Source of the DNA: Lingula anatina
Taxonomy: Eukaryota > Animalia > Brachiopoda
Assembly: GCA_051362555.1 (NCBI GenBank)
Contig: CM120646.1
Coordinates: forward strand, 23,250,001-23,314,000
DNA length: 64,000 bases
Direction of reading: 5' to 3'
A program made the translations under genes and the position numbers. This document shows positions 38,530 through 52,961 of the stretch, piece after piece. Position 1 is the stretch's first letter. Each line of letters opens with the position of its first letter. The notes beneath the pieces were generated by a model, which saw only the letters and a list, made by a program, of their open reading frames with translations, searched no databases and was not told where the DNA came from.

Positions 38530-39588
38530 TTAAATCACTTTCCCGTAAAAATTTGCACCTTTCATGGTGTCCCCTGTATTGAACAGCAAATGATTTATAA
38601 CCATTTCAGCTCTGCTAATATCACCACTTTTGTCAAAATCCATTTCAGAGAAAATTTCTGCAGAAAATTTAGCGTGAAAAATCTTGAGGAAATTGGCATA
38701 TTCTTTTGCAACAAGAGCGTCATCCTCGTTTTCATCTACCAACTCAAAGAACGTAAGAGCCCATTTGTCTTCGATGTCCAGATGGTGTACCTCAACAAAT
38801 TTTGAAATCATTTCAGCTTTGTTTTTGATCACGTCGTTTGCAGTAAAGCTTACTAAGTTTTCGTTATTCAACACCTCTTTCCACCACTTGTCCCATACGG
38901 CTTGCAAATAAGCTCTCATTATTTCTTCCTTCTCGGCAGACTTCGTTATTGCGCCTACTCTTGCTGCCATCATATTTATGTACTCGTTTTTATCCAGTTT
39001 TCCATCTCCGTTTATGTCCAGGATGTCTATGACATATCTCCATTTGGCAGCCCAAATATCACTTGGTGTCTCTTCTTGTACCTGTAAGAGAAACAGACAA
39101 TCATCATCTTATGATTAAGGTTCTATCACTTTACACCGTTATCAACGTTCCACTGCATTTTATGTATTATAATAAAAGTAATAAAACAATAAGTTTTTAT
39201 TGTGTTTACATGCCTTGCTACTCGGTGTTCAGAGCATCACTGTTTACTGCCTATGGCTCACTGTGTTATACTGGTAGTGTGCAGTACTGTAGTAAGCAGT
39301 ATTGTTTTATGGATCTTATTAGCATTTGTTAATGAATTATAAGCATGAACCTGAACTGCTAACACTGGCCTTAGAATTCAACATTCGTTTAGCCAATTTG
39401 GACGTTATTTTTAACGCCAAAAAACAAAGATGACAAATACATTTTTTCAATAGTACATTACATAAAGAAAAACTTTGGTAAGTCAGCACAGGTAATTCTG
39501 ATACCTTTTTATCCCGTATAACCAGTGTGGACGCAACGCCACCCGTCAACATGCCAGCAAACACAGTTATCAAAAGACTGCAGAACAT
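38530..39588 (-). CDS. Secreted SCP-like EF-hand protein, copy 3 (211 aa, intact; mature region nearly identical to copy 2)
   Basis: Exons 39588-39505 (MFCSLLITVFAGMLTGGVASTLVIRDKK) and 39081-38530; exon-1 donor at 40038; offset 3086 bp from copy 2. Confidence 0.88.
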
Positions 39589-41359
39589 CTCGGTTGGGTG
39601 CAGGTCTTCTTAAAGATGTTATATTCCAAGATCTGAAAGATATAATTTTTAATCTTCGTTATTGCTCAAAAAAAAAAAAAAAAAAAAATCATATTCTCCA
39701 ATTTTAATTAAAATCTAATTAATCAGCGGACATATATACAACAGTTCATTGGTGAATCAGAGGCACTTCCTCAGACCATCAGTTGGACAAAATGTGGATA
39801 TTTTGAACCTTGGACCCCCTGTGGTTCAACCGAAGGGTGCAGGTGGGGGGAGATTTACTTTTGGGCCACGAGATCGTCTCTCACAAAAAATTGGGGGAAG
39901 GCGCAACCTGTCTCACATATTGGACAGTGTCATAGCGTGTAGTTCTGTTGCGAATAGTACTGTTTTATGGATCATATTAGTATTTATTCATGATTAACAT
40001 TACTTTTATCTATTAGAGAAGAAAAATTGTGACTTACCTTGGATGTTCCAAACAAAGTTATGTCTTCTACTGACTCCGTTGATCAACAAAGGAATAAGAG
40101 AAAACTGTGCAATACATGTTATATGTGAGAGAAGCTATACTATCCCATGGTGGTTATTAGCATGACAAAGACGTCAGGTGATGATCAGACGTTGCTTGCT
40201 GTTCTATTTTTGTAACATATCTACATCCACTTTGAAATCATTGTAACAAGATTGTGTATTTGATAATGCATCCAGTTCAGAATATATGCAATTTTATTTG
40301 AACAGGTATTATGATTTCTGAATATGGAAGGAAAACTGGTCTGTTAAGGAATTGGGCTCTCACAAGTTTTTGTAACATTGGATGTTCATGACAAAAGAAC
40401 ATACATGTGTAAGTGGCAGATAATAGGAAGCAAAAGATTAATTGGTATGTTTTTTAATGCGGAAAACATTGACAGAACAATTTCATGGCAGTTAATCAAC
40501 CTTTTGCAAAAAGATGTACTCGAAATATAAATTTGATCCTCACGACGTAATTTGACCCTGCTCAGTCACACGTGAAAAGACACGACAATCCATGGTGTGC
40601 ATTGAATCATGACTTCCCCAGGAACCTATATTTACATAAACATTTGTTATATGAAATAAATATTTTACATTCTGGGTATTTTTCTAAGTGTTCACTTTTT
40701 TAAATACGCCCTGTATTGTATTTCTAACACTAAATTTGGTGTGTAATTTTCAACTGGTACACGGAATAAATGTATGCCTACACATGATTAAGACCGATAC
40801 GACATGTCACTAATTAATAATGCATGGAACCTGAAAAACATAAAATATTTTAATTTACCTTACTGCAAAGTCAGCTCTTTTGCCACCTCCCGATCCCGTT
40901 GATCCGCAAAGGAATAAATGTGTATCGTATGTTATTTGTAATGTCGTGTTGTCGTTAATATCGCATGAGGGTTATTAGCATGATAAAGACAGTAGGCTGA
41001 CGACACGTGTGTGGTTTTTGTTTGTTTTTAATATCCTGTCTGTTCCCTTCCAAAAATTATGTTTTCATATGTGATGATGGTGTCAGAATAACATAATTGC
41101 TAAGGAAAAACGATTTTTTTAAATTTTTGCATTGCATTCAACTCCACAGAATTAAAAGAAGAATTGTTACCTTAATGGCTGTTTGATTATTTTGATTATA
41201 TATATTATAACATGCTTCATAACGTCGCGTCTCTGTCGAAATGTTTGTTATGTGTTGTACAGGCTAAAATAACATAAGACTCTTGATTCAGACAATGACA
41301 AGACAACAATGTAATGTATTCTCCCTCACGTGTTGGGCGTAATAGCATTGTGCATGTAT

Positions 41360-42047
41360 AGCCCCTATTTCACACAGACCACGAATCCCACGAATGGCCA
41401 TGAATTGACAAATTTCACGATTCGTGGTTGAATCGTAATCAGTTCGTGAAGTTCTCAACAGATTCGTATCTATTCGTAGTCAGTTCTTGCACTTCTTGAC
41501 CAACAGGAATTGGTGGCAAAAACTTTGATGCCCCTTTTTCACACAGACCACGAATCCCACGAATCGCCAGGAATTGAAAATTTCAGGATTCGTGGTTGAA
41601 TCGTAATCAGTTCGTGAAGTTCTTAGCAGATTCGTATATAATCGTAGTCAGTTATTGCAATTCTTGATCAATCGGGAATTCGTGGCAAAAATTTTGAGCT
41701 GTTCAAAGTTTTGGCCACGAAATCCCGATTCCAAAAAATCGTAGTGAATTTCTGGACAATATTCGTGCGATTCCAACCGAATCCCACGAATATTCGTAAC
41801 ACTATCGCACCTGTATCGTAACTGAATCGTAGAGCGTGTCGAATTAGACCAGAAAATTGGCAAAATCTCACGATTCCAGTCGAATCCCACGAATATTCGT
41901 AACACTATCGTACCTGTATCGTAACTGAATCGTGAGCGTGTCGAATTAGACCAGAAAATTGGCAAAATCTAACGAATCCTCACGAATCCTGAAATTTATC
42001 AATTGCTGGCGATTCGTGGGATTCGTGGTCTGTGTGAAATAGGGGCC
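41360..42047. mobile_element. PIF/Harbinger-type MITE (688 bp)
   Basis: TIRs gcccctatttcacacagaccacgaatcccacgaat and its reverse complement; 3-bp TSD TAT. The empty site tgcatgtatgtcacat is seen in the sister repeat unit at ~38150. Confidence 0.9.
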
Positions 42048-42384
42048 TATGTCACATATTGAGCCGGAGAAGACAAAACCTAAACACTGACTAACAAGAA
42101 GATCAGTTTAACACACAGGTAGGTCCATAAAAACGACCTGTTAAATACTTTCCATCTCAATTCAAATTATTTCTTATGGACCTACCTGTATGTCAAAATA
42201 CAAGGGATGTATATTGAAACATATATCTCAGATTCTGGCCATAGTTAATCATATCATTTCTGTAAATGTATGTTCTGTGTATTCTTACATATCATTTTAT
42301 ACGACTTAGCAACACATTTGTGTAATTTTAGGTTGATTTGACATTTATTTCAGCTTGATAATAAAACAAACAAAAATATTCTAG

Positions 42385-43520
42385 TTACATCTGTTGTTCG
42401 ACTCGTGACGTCGTAAGTTTCCACTTATTGGGACCAGTTGAGAGCCATTGGGTTAAATTACTTTCCCGTAAAAATTTGCACCTTTCATTGTCCCCTGTAT
42501 TGAACATCAAATGATTTATAACCATTTCAGCTTTGCTAATAGCACCACTTTTGTCAAAATCCATTTCAGAGAAAATTTGTGCAGAAAATTTAGCTTGGAA
42601 AATCTGGAGAAAATTGGCATACTCTTTTGCATCAAGAGTGTCATCCCCGTTTTCATCCACCAGCTCAAAGAACGTAAGAGCCCATTTATCTTCGATGCCC
42701 AGATAATGTCTCTCAACCAATTTCGAAATGATTTCGGCTTTGTTTTTGATCATGTCGTTTGCAGCAAAGCTTTCTAAGTTTTCGTCATGCAAAGCCACTT
42801 TAAACCACTTGTCCCATATGGCCTGCAAATAAGCTCTCATGTTCTTTTCTTTCTCGGTTGACTTTGTTATTGCTCCTACTCTTGCTGCCGTCATATTAAC
42901 GTATTCGTTTTTATCCAGTTTTCCATCTCCGTTTATGTCCAAGTTGTCTATGACAAATCTCCATTTGGCGGCCCAGATATCACTTGGTGGCTCTGATTGT
43001 ACCTGTAAGAATAATATGCAATCATTATTTAATGATTAAGGTTCCATCACTTTACACCATTAGCTACGTTCCAATGCGTTTATAATGTATTATAACTGAA
43101 GTAATAAACCAATATGTTTTATTGTGTTTACATGCCTTGCTACTCGGTGTTCAGAGCATCACTGTTTACTGCCTATGGCACACTGGGTTATACTGGTAGT
43201 GTGCAGTACTGTAGTAAGCAGTATTGTTTTATGGATCTTATTAGCATTTGTTATTGAATTATAAGCATGAAACTGAACTGCTAACACTGGCCTTAGTATT
43301 CAACACTCGTTTAGCAAATTTGGACGTTATTTTTAACGCCAAAAAAAAAAAAAAAACAAAGATGACAAATACATTTTTTCAATAGTACATTACATAAAGA
43401 AAAACTTTGGTAAGTCAGCACAGGTATTTCTGATACCTTTTTATCCCGTATAACCAGTGTGGAACCAACGCCACCCGTCGACATGGCAGCAAAAATGGCT
43501 ATCAACAGACTGCAGAACAT
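42385..43520 (-). pseudogene. SCP-like copy 4: a 2-nt deletion near the 3' end replaces the conserved FYGKVI tail with an extended C-terminus
   Basis: Exons 43520-43437 and 43002 onward. The ancestral stop at 42453 gives 550 bp instead of 552; the frameshift at ~42489 reads through to 42385. It may still be translated. Confidence 0.75.
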
Positions 43521-45393
43521 CTTGGTTGGGTGCAGGTCTTCCTAAAGAGGTTATATTCCAATATCTGGAAGATATGATTTTACATCCACGTTATCGTCGC
43601 TCACAAAGTCATCTCACATTCTCCAATTAATCTAATTAGCGGGCATATATACAGCAGTTCACTGGTGAATCTAAGAGGTCGTGCCAACACATCAACGTTG
43701 AGGCACCTGTTCATACCATCAGCTGGACCAGTGTGGACATCTTGGACCTTGACCCCTTGTGGTTCAACCGAAGGTAAATGTGACCATTTACATTTGGTCC
43801 CAGAGATCTTCACTGACAAAAAGCAGAGAAAGGCGCAACCTGTCACACATCTGGGACAGTGTTACAGTGTGTAGTTCTGTAACAGGTAGTACTGTTTTAT
43901 GGGTCACATTAATATTTATAAATGGTTTATAAGTACATTACTTTTATCTATTAAAGAAGAAAAAAAGTGATTTACCTTGGCTGTTCCAAACAATCTTATG
44001 TATTCTTCCGACTGATCAGCAAGGGAATAAGAGAAAACTACGTAATACTTGTTCTATGTTGGAAAATCTTTTACATCCCATGGTGGTAATTAACATGATA
44101 AAGACGTCAGGTGATGATCAGATTGTTGCCTGTTGTTCATTTTTTGTAACATATCTACATCCGCTTTGAAATCATTGTAACGTGATTGTGTAGCTGATAA
44201 TACATTCAGTTCGGAATATTTGATATGCAACATTATTATAGTTTCTGAATATGGAAGGAAATACGGTCTGTTTATTAAATCTGGACCCTCACAGGTCCAT
44301 ATACTTTTAAACAAAAGCAATGTGAAAGTGCTAATACGTTTTTTTTAGTCAATTAAAATTTCTTTGAAATTGTGGTCAGCATTGTGGCTAAATAGCTCCA
44401 GGTCTACACATGCGTTCATTTCTGTCTGCCTGCCTGTCTGTCTGTCTGTCTGCCTAAGTCTGTTAAATAGAATCCTTCTTAAGTTAGCAGTTACATAAGC
44501 ACACGCTCTCACGCACGCGCACACATACAGGCACACACAGACACAGATGAATAGGAATACCACAATAATTGTGGTCATACATCCTTTTTGATTTGGACAT
44601 TACATTCCTAGATATAAGTTGGAGAAGAAAACCTTTTTATAAATTTGATTAGCATAACGTTCAAAACTGCAGTCTACCTGCATTGTATGGTGTAGTAATA
44701 CAGAAGTCGTGCATCAAATCGCGCTGTAAAACCAGCATAACAGCAGACTGCTTACACTACCTGCATTGTAATCGGTAGACTAAAACAGTTGTAACGGACA
44801 GTGATATATCACTAACCATTCTCTTCCCTAAATTCTCTTCAACCAGAACAAAACACATTTAGGTTATAAAGAACCATCCTTCCAATAGCTCACTTATTAC
44901 GTATAACCTTGGCTACTTCATCTGCTCTAGTTTTTATTTTCTTATTATTTTTTTTGGTCCCATAGCACGGTTAAATGTTTGAAATAATGAGTGACAGACA
45001 TAGAAAATCTAATACACGTATATAGCATACTTTTATGAATAAATGTGAATGTGTGACAAGTAACATTTCACAGGTCCGTAGCCAGCAATTTCAAAAGGGG
45101 GGGGGGTTCTTTCCCTGAAAAAGTGGACCTTTTTTCATAAAAACTCCGTGTACCTAGATCAAATTTTACCCAGAATGGACTTTTTCCCCAGCAAAAAGGG
45201 TGGTTCATTATTCTGTTCCCAATTAAAACAGTGGAATATTACAGACGACTTAATGTTTTTGAACATTTATGTAATCTGGTTAGTGAAACTAAAACCAATA
45301 TACACGTACATTGCTCTGGTTACAGCTGTTTTGAGACTAGTGATCTCGAATGCAACCTTACAGTCTCTTTCAAGATCAAATGGTAGACAGGAA

Positions 45394-46478
45394 TTACAAT
45401 ATTTTCCCATACAAATCCTCACCCTCAGAACTATTGCCGATTGTCCACGACATTTCCTTTATTATCATTTCACTTTTGTCTATAGCTCCATCGCTGTTGG
45501 TATCTGCCTCAGAGAAAAGAGAAGAGGAAAATGGGGCGCGAAATATCTTCAGAAAATTGGCATACTCTGTTTTGTTCAGATAGTCATTCCCATCTGCATC
45601 CACCAGCTCGAATAACGTAAGCGGCCAATTGACTTCCATAACCAAGTGTTGCATATCAACCATTTTCTCTCTGGTTTTAGCTTCGGTTGAAATAAAGTCA
45701 TCTGGTGAAATTTCAATTAGATGTGTGTCATTCATAAACGTTTTGAACCATTTTTCCCAAGTTTCCTGCAATAAAACATTGGCTTTGTTTCGTTTCTCGG
45801 TGGACCTCGTTATCGTTCCTAATCTCGCTGACGTCATATTCACGAATTCATATTCACTCATTTTTCCATCTCCATCTACGTCCATACGCTCAAAGAATGC
45901 TCTCCATCTGGTAGCCCAATTATCTCGTCCGATGGTAATATTTCCCTGTACCTGGGAAAATAAACATGGTGTCTGATACATACAAATTTAATTTAGTGAT
46001 GCTTGTCTATTGTTTTTAACTGTTAGTCCCTTCATCGTTATCTTAAATATATATACTACAGTACACTATGACCAATAACGTAGAATAAGATGCTGCTTTC
46101 GAGTTGGAACTAAACAGCCTCCAATCAATCAGTTGGGATGGTTTTAGTTATATTGTTTGAGTAATTTATTCATATGTCATATAAATGTACATGTTTTTGA
46201 CAAATATGGCGTTTTCTGTAAATATGACAGGGTAAATGACAAAGATGGAAGAAGACATTATGCAGTATACCAGTGAATAAAACACATTCGTAATTTCGCC
46301 CATGCTAAAACCAAGTATTTGAAATGAATATGACAAGTAAACAAAGGTAAATGCCGCTTATACTACAGGATGTTTAGAAAACACTATGTACCTGTTCAGC
46401 CCTTATATTAAGCGTGACACCGTTGTCACTCATCAACGTGGCAGCAACATAAATTGTCAATAGACTGAAGAACGTCAT
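45394..46478 (-). CDS. Secreted SCP-like EF-hand protein, copy 5 (214 aa, intact)
   Basis: Exons 46478-46392 (MTFFSLLTIYVAATLMSDNGVTLNIRAEQ) and 45951-45394 (VQGNITIGRDNWATRW..DVDGDGKMSEYE..DADGNDYLNKTE..DTNSDGAIDKSE..LYGKIL*); exon-1 donor at 47134. Confidence 0.87.
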
Positions 46479-47778
46479 GGTTTTAAACAGTCCTCTTACA
46501 GCAGTTAGGCCTATATCCCAAGATCTGAAATATAATTTAGCATGACAGTGAAAAGATAGACAAAACGTCTGAAAACTAAATGAAGACAAAACGTATTATC
46601 TTAAAAAGTGAATAACAAATGCATATTAAATTTCTTATCCCAAGTAGATATTGAAGCAACAAGACATTCAGAAGATGGGACAAAATAGAGGACGCTAAGT
46701 GAAATAAAGAGATCGTAAAAAGGCAAAAGCACGTACAGTCGTCAATTTTCTACATTTAACGCAGGTGTGAACTCAACATCACTTCACGAAGTTCTTGCTG
46801 TAAAGTAAAAAATGTGTGCCCCCCGTTTAAATATAATAGGTACAGTGCGTGAGTCAATCATAAATCGTATTTACATGTGAATTAACAAATTAACAAACCA
46901 TGGGAAACTGACCGAGGAAGTTGCCAGAAAGGTGATATGCTCTATTGTTAGCTTGTTAAATTTTCTGCCACCTGTCAGCTTTACAGAAATCCTTAGCAGT
47001 CAAGATACATGTATTTCTATGTCAATATATTCTGCACATTTATGCTAAGTACAAATTATAAGTAGAGCCCATGGGTAGTCTATTACACATGTCAATATTA
47101 TAGAACGAAAACGTAGGACATGTTTTGATTTACCTTAATGTTCTAAATCCCTATGTGTTCTTTCCGACTCTGTTTTACAGCTCACGTATGTGTGGAGTGT
47201 TGCAGAATATATGTTTGTGACGTCAAGGAAACGCTATCATGGATGTCATTAGCATAATAAAATAAACCAGTGTTAAAAAGCCATTTACCTTTTGTTTGTT
47301 TTTATGATAAGATATTGTCATGCAAAACACCACAGATGGCTTTTACACGTGAGATTGGTGTCACACAGAGACGAATGCAGGTAATACATAAAATAATATT
47401 TAAAAAATCGGGCATAGGCTCACACAGGTCAAATGGGATGCGAACATCATACGACAATTTTATAATTAACTTCTGGTAATTTTCGTGAAATACTGTAACA
47501 CGCACAATATTGAAGACATCAGACTCTTTAAAGAGACCCCTTTTCATTTTAGCCCTAAAAGTCAAATGGCAAGCAAGGATCTCAAAATAATTGCAATAAT
47601 CGCCATTTTGGTGGTAACATGGAACTCATTAACTCTTTAAGTTGTTTACGGCTTATTTATAGTGGATATTTGAATCTGATATGAAGAGCTGTTATCACTT
47701 TTAAGTTCATTAAATGTACGTATTTGCCTATGGCACTAAAACATCCTTTATGTTTTCTTCGACGAGGTAGATCAGTAA

Positions 47779-48000
47779 AGCCCCCTTTACACTGGACGGC
47801 GTCCCTTCTGCGTCCAGCAGTACGGCCCCATTTGAGAGTTAAAAATTATAATACTTTACGTGCCGACAACTGGCCGATCATTGAGCATTCATTCTGATAC
47901 AAAATCATTGCTCATGCCTCCTTATTTAGACCACAGCGATGCCAAATTTCATGGTTGCAGATAGGACGCAGAAAGGACGCCGTCCAGTGTAAAGGGGGTA
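47779..48000. mobile_element. Tourist/PIF-Harbinger-type MITE (222 bp)
   Basis: TIRs ccccctttacactggacggcgtcc and its reverse complement; TAA TSD; an inverted sister copy is at 60808-61030. Confidence 0.9.
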
Positions 48001-48629
48001 TAAAGGAATAAATGGTATCATTGCCCACGTGACTTGCCTGACAAATGTAACCATATCATGAGGGTAATTATAATGATAAGAGGCGAACAACCAATGTAAA
48101 TCAAGTTCGGCTTTTACAGAAATTGTGTTTTTGCTTTCACCAGTAATACAACACACATAACCAAATGCTTACCCGCATTGCACATGCACAGAAAAGGTCA
48201 TATACTCTGCAATACCGGATTTAAATAAACTGGCTTTTAAAGATAATCATAGTATGGCTAGGTACATTATTTTTCGTCCAAAACGTATATTCATTTTGAT
48301 GACAGCTCTTCGAAGATGATAGGGTTACATGTACCTGTCACTACCAAGAAGTCAATAACAGATAAGAACTGTGCATGAGTAAGATAGGTTGATGCGATTT
48401 ATAAGCAACAATAGACCATAAATGACAGAGAAAGTAATAATAAGGCTTTAAAACCTCAAATAGAAATGACATTGTGTCCATATTATCGTTTAAGTGTGTT
48501 TGTCTGTGCAATATGTGAATGTCCGCGCTGTGGATTCTTGGAAAAAATGTCAAATGTTTCGCTCTGACAACAACTGAAATTATTCAATTATGCAAAATAG
48601 CACAGTCTATTAGAAGCATAAGTATAATA

Positions 48630-49640
48630 TTACAGTACTTTCCCGTAAAAATCGGCTCCATCCGTACTTTTGCTGATCGTCCATGACAACTCATTTATAA
48701 CCATCTCACTTTTATCTATAGACCAGTCGCCGTTGCTATCTGCCTCATAGAAGATATCCGGCGAAAATGGTGCTCGAAAAATCTCAAGATAATTGCCATA
48801 CTCTGTTTCGTTCAAGGAGTCATTCACATCAACATCCACCAGCTCGAATAACATAAGCGCCCATTTAACTTCCATGACCAAGTGCTGAATATCTACCATT
48901 TTCTCTCTGGTTTTAGGTTCGGTTGATATAAAGTCATCGGCTGAAATTCCAAAACTGGCGTCTTTCATAAAGCTTTTCCACCACCTCTCCCAATTTTCCT
49001 TCAAAAAAGCTCTCATTTTCTCCTCCTTCTCGGCGGACTTCGTTATTGTGTCTACTCTTGCTGCCGTCATATTAACGTATTCGTTTTCATCCATCTTTCC
49101 ATCTCCGTTCACATCCATGTGCTTAAAAAATGCTCTCCACTTGACTCCCCAGTTATCTCGCAAGGGGTCGTGATCTCCTGGCATCTGGAAAGAAACATTT
49201 ATTTATATTTGCTTGAAATGTGATTTTACAGATATCTTAATATTTTACTAGCAGTTTATCTAAGTTGACGTTTACTAGTTTCGTCATCATTTTCATTATC
49301 ATTTTTCTTAACAATTTATCTTATTCCTTTTGTTGAAACTTGCAACTTAGAGCAATCAGTTCTGATATAGTTTTTTTCATTTTAAACCATTCTCGAGTAT
49401 TTTTAAACGCCAAGCATCTACCACAAAATTTATTATTCGCATTGCCCAATATGGCGTTTACTTCGAATATCACATTGTAAAGGTCAGTAAATGAATTATT
49501 TGGACAGAATACGTATTTTAAATAACGCATCATAACCGCCGTTATGCTGTCCTCTATACCTTTTTATCCTGAATGACACGTGTGAAACCACTCATCAACG
49601 TGGCGGCAAACACGCTTGTCAATAGGCAGTAAATCACCAT
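48630..49640 (-). CDS. Secreted SCP-like EF-hand protein, copy 6 (211 aa, intact)
   Basis: Exons 49640-49560 (MVIYCLLTSVFAATLMSGFTRVIQDKK) and 49184-48630 (ttccAG|MPGDHDPLRDNWGVKW..FYGKVL*); exon-1 donor at 50393. Confidence 0.87.
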
Positions 49641-51565
49641 GGTTGCTTGAGTTGGGCAAGACGATATTTCAAAAAAAGAAGAAACCCCTGCAAAAAGGTA
49701 AAAATATGGTTTTAAATCTGAGACCAACGAACACGTTAAACAATGAGAGCTTTGTGCAGAATCACTGCGTCAAGTTGTGTCAAGCAGAGTCAAGGTGAAC
49801 ATATGCATTAGAGTAGTCTATTCTCCCCAACAAAAAGTGCCACATCTGCCTTACTGATTTACATTGCTACAAATGTAAACACGTTTCACTTTCAACCAGT
49901 CATTGTGGGAATTGGAGATTTGTACAATAGAAAGTTGACCTGTCTATCGTGATCTTTGAAATGTCCCGACACATCTCATTATTTAAATATACGGCCAAAA
50001 GGTGAAATGGAGACCTGTTTCAGTAAAAGTGATGTACATTTGTGTACCAAAGTATTGCTTTACACTGACCTCTTAAAAAAAGAATGGCACAATATATGAC
50101 TCAAGCCAAAAGCAACTTCTTAAAATCGTTTTAATGCATTCATCTTGAACTGAAGTAGATATTATAACTTATTTTTCCATTTTTAGTGCGCGTGTGGATT
50201 CGATTACATGTATTTGTCTTGCTGAAATATGTCCAATATGCTTCATTACTGCCTGGTATGGGTAACCGATAGACACTGCTATTGTTTCTTTTCCATTCTT
50301 TTTTATTTAAACAAATAATATATTGTTAATAAACCCCTCTTAAATATAGTGTGATCATCAGTTATCAACAGACAATTAAGAAAATGGTTTACCTTTAAAG
50401 TTCCAAACGTAGCTGTGTATTCTTCCGATGTGGTTGAACAAACAATGTTGTGCGCTCGTTGGACGTCGCTCAACAACAAAGGTATACATCAAAGATTACG
50501 CGCTGCATCTGATGTTAGGGAAGTTTTCCAATAACATACGGGTCATTTGACTAATCAAAGCGACGGATGAAGATATATAACTGTCGTGTTTTTTGTTTTA
50601 TTGACACGTCTCGATCACTTTCGAATCACCATTACCTTTTTACGCTTAGTTTTGTTGTCAGACTCTTTAATTTGATATAAATTGTTGCGTCGATAGGTCA
50701 GACTTTTGGCTCTTATAGCCAACTTATACGATTTTAGGTTCTATAGACATTGTTGTTAAATAACTGCAACACTGTGTTTCTTCTTGCCTGCCTCCCTGAC
50801 TTCACGCCTGCATGGTTGTCAAATGGTGTACAAACTAATGTTATTATTATTTGAGCAATTACAATATTTGTTTTTAGTTATATTTAAAATATAACGTGTG
50901 TCATCGCGGTAATAGGTACTAGTCATGATAGTGGTCATGATAGTGGGACAATCATCCAATTCATTATCGTTTTTTTCAAATGTAAATGTTTGTTTCCACA
51001 GCCTCCGTACCTACCTGTACATAATGTAAATAAAGTAGAATGTGTGGAATATATATATATATCGTTTCCCTCAGAAGAGGGTCATTAGCGAAAAGGTCAT
51101 GAGCCAGTTTGTATTTCTTTATAAAAGATAAGTATGGTTCACTTTCAAATCATTAAATGTTTCATAGTACGATATAAAACGCTATGAGAACTTGGATTTC
51201 TAAGGTCATTTTTTCTAGGACAGAAGCTCCAGACATATATTAGTAGGAAAAAAGAAAAGCAACTGTTCAGTACACATTTAGCTGACAGTAGTTTCATACC
51301 TAAAGTCTACCCACATTGTAAGACAGGCTAAAACATGCCGTAAACAAAAAGTGTGCTTTCAACCAGCAGTGCCACATACAAAGCCAAACACACACCTTTA
51401 TTGTATGATAAAGTTAAACAGGTGTCTTGAACAATAAAGCATCAATTATTAATCATTCTGCAATGACAAAAATGGATAAAATAATATTTTTTTATAATAA
51501 TAAACGGATGTCATCCGTTCATATAAATATTAACACGACATTTCTGTCTACGGAATATATTTTAA

Positions 51566-52613
51566 CCCTCAAGTGACCGAGTGGGGTCATTTACGACCCC
51601 AGCCATATGATTTAATGTGCCATCTCTCTAATTTTTATTCGAATGTTCTTTCCTTGCAAGAGTTTGTCAGTTTACTAATCCTACACACTTTCACAGCTTT
51701 TTGTAGGGATCAACCAATTAGTGTGGCGTATACATCACAAACTCTTGTGGGGTCATTTATGACCCCAAAGAGAAGCATTGGTTTTTAAATATTAGTTTTT
51801 TTTAAAATTTTATTCAAATGTTTTGCCCACCCAACACTGACAGGAAAATGTCACATGCATGTGCTTCATGCAACCAGCCAGTGTGCCCAAAACATAGGCA
51901 CAAATAAGTGGTTTGTGAAGATTGTGCTTGAAGTGTTACTAGTGTTGGTGCATCGCTGAATCTAATATCAGTAGCTTTGTTGGACCTTGTTCTCATAACT
52001 GGGTCTCTCATTTTGGCGGTTACAATTTTCGGGTATTTTGGAAATCTAAAGAATTCTGTCGATATCATACTATATATATATTAACAAATTGTTTGTGTGG
52101 ATTTTGTTTTATTCACAGATGTGGTAGTAACATACGTGTAGGTTGATTGAATGTGTTCTGAGTAGTATGACTTCCTAACCAGCATAAGGGTTTTCACTAC
52201 TCAGCAAGTTGAAGTCTGCTAATTATTCTTATTGAAGTTAGCAGGATGCTATCTCAACATAAGTCAAAATAATTTTACTCAAAGTAATTTTGTAATGTAC
52301 TTTTTTTCATTTAGTGTGGCATATAAAAAGAGAAATATTTCTGTAAGTGGAAACTGACAAGGACTGTCTAAATACTGGTGTAATGTTGTTCTTAAAATCT
52401 GTGCTTGGTTATTTCATGCAATAAAAGTATTATTACCAAATACTTATTACATTAGATCATTATAAAATACTTGTCTTAAATCCTGGGAGTAGTATAGGTG
52501 TGATAAACCCTCAACAGCCTTTTATAATAAGGATCCCTGTACAGAGCACAATGGGGTCATAGATGACCCCACTTGGTCATTTCAGTCAGTAAAATAGCTT
52601 GGTCTCTTGAGGG
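51566..52613 (+). mobile_element. Internally deleted piggyBac element
   Basis: TTAA TSDs; termini ccctcaagtgaccga / ttggtctcttgaggg; subterminal ggggtcat...gacccc palindromes; remnant Cys-rich tail CPPNTDRKMSHACASCNQPVCPKH..VCEDC at ~51825-51930. Confidence 0.9.
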
Positions 52614-52961
52614 TTAAGCGATATATGTGATTGATTTACGCAATGTAAAACAATTTATAGTTTTTAAGTATAAAATATGTTATTGGCAGTACATGGGTAC
52701 CTTCATGCCACCAAATATACATATATATAACACAAAAATCACATACTTCTCATGACTACTTTTGTGTTATATATCTAACAAAATCTAACAATAAAATCAC
52801 ATGTTATGTTTAATATTATGAAAACAAACACAACTTCAGAGCAATTGGAATTACCATTTATTTGATATTAGCAGTAAAATAAAATGTATTTTTACTTTGA
52901 AAGTCGAGACCTGGAGATAATGCACAGAGCTCACTTGGTTGAGAACTGTGCGTAACAAGGA

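Noticed and set aside
45952-45981. ORF-track N-terminus MYQTPCLFSQ of copy 5, and Met/alternative starts given for other copies
   Set aside because: These are intronic or internal; true starts lie in the upstream leader exons, judged by conserved phase-0 splice sites.
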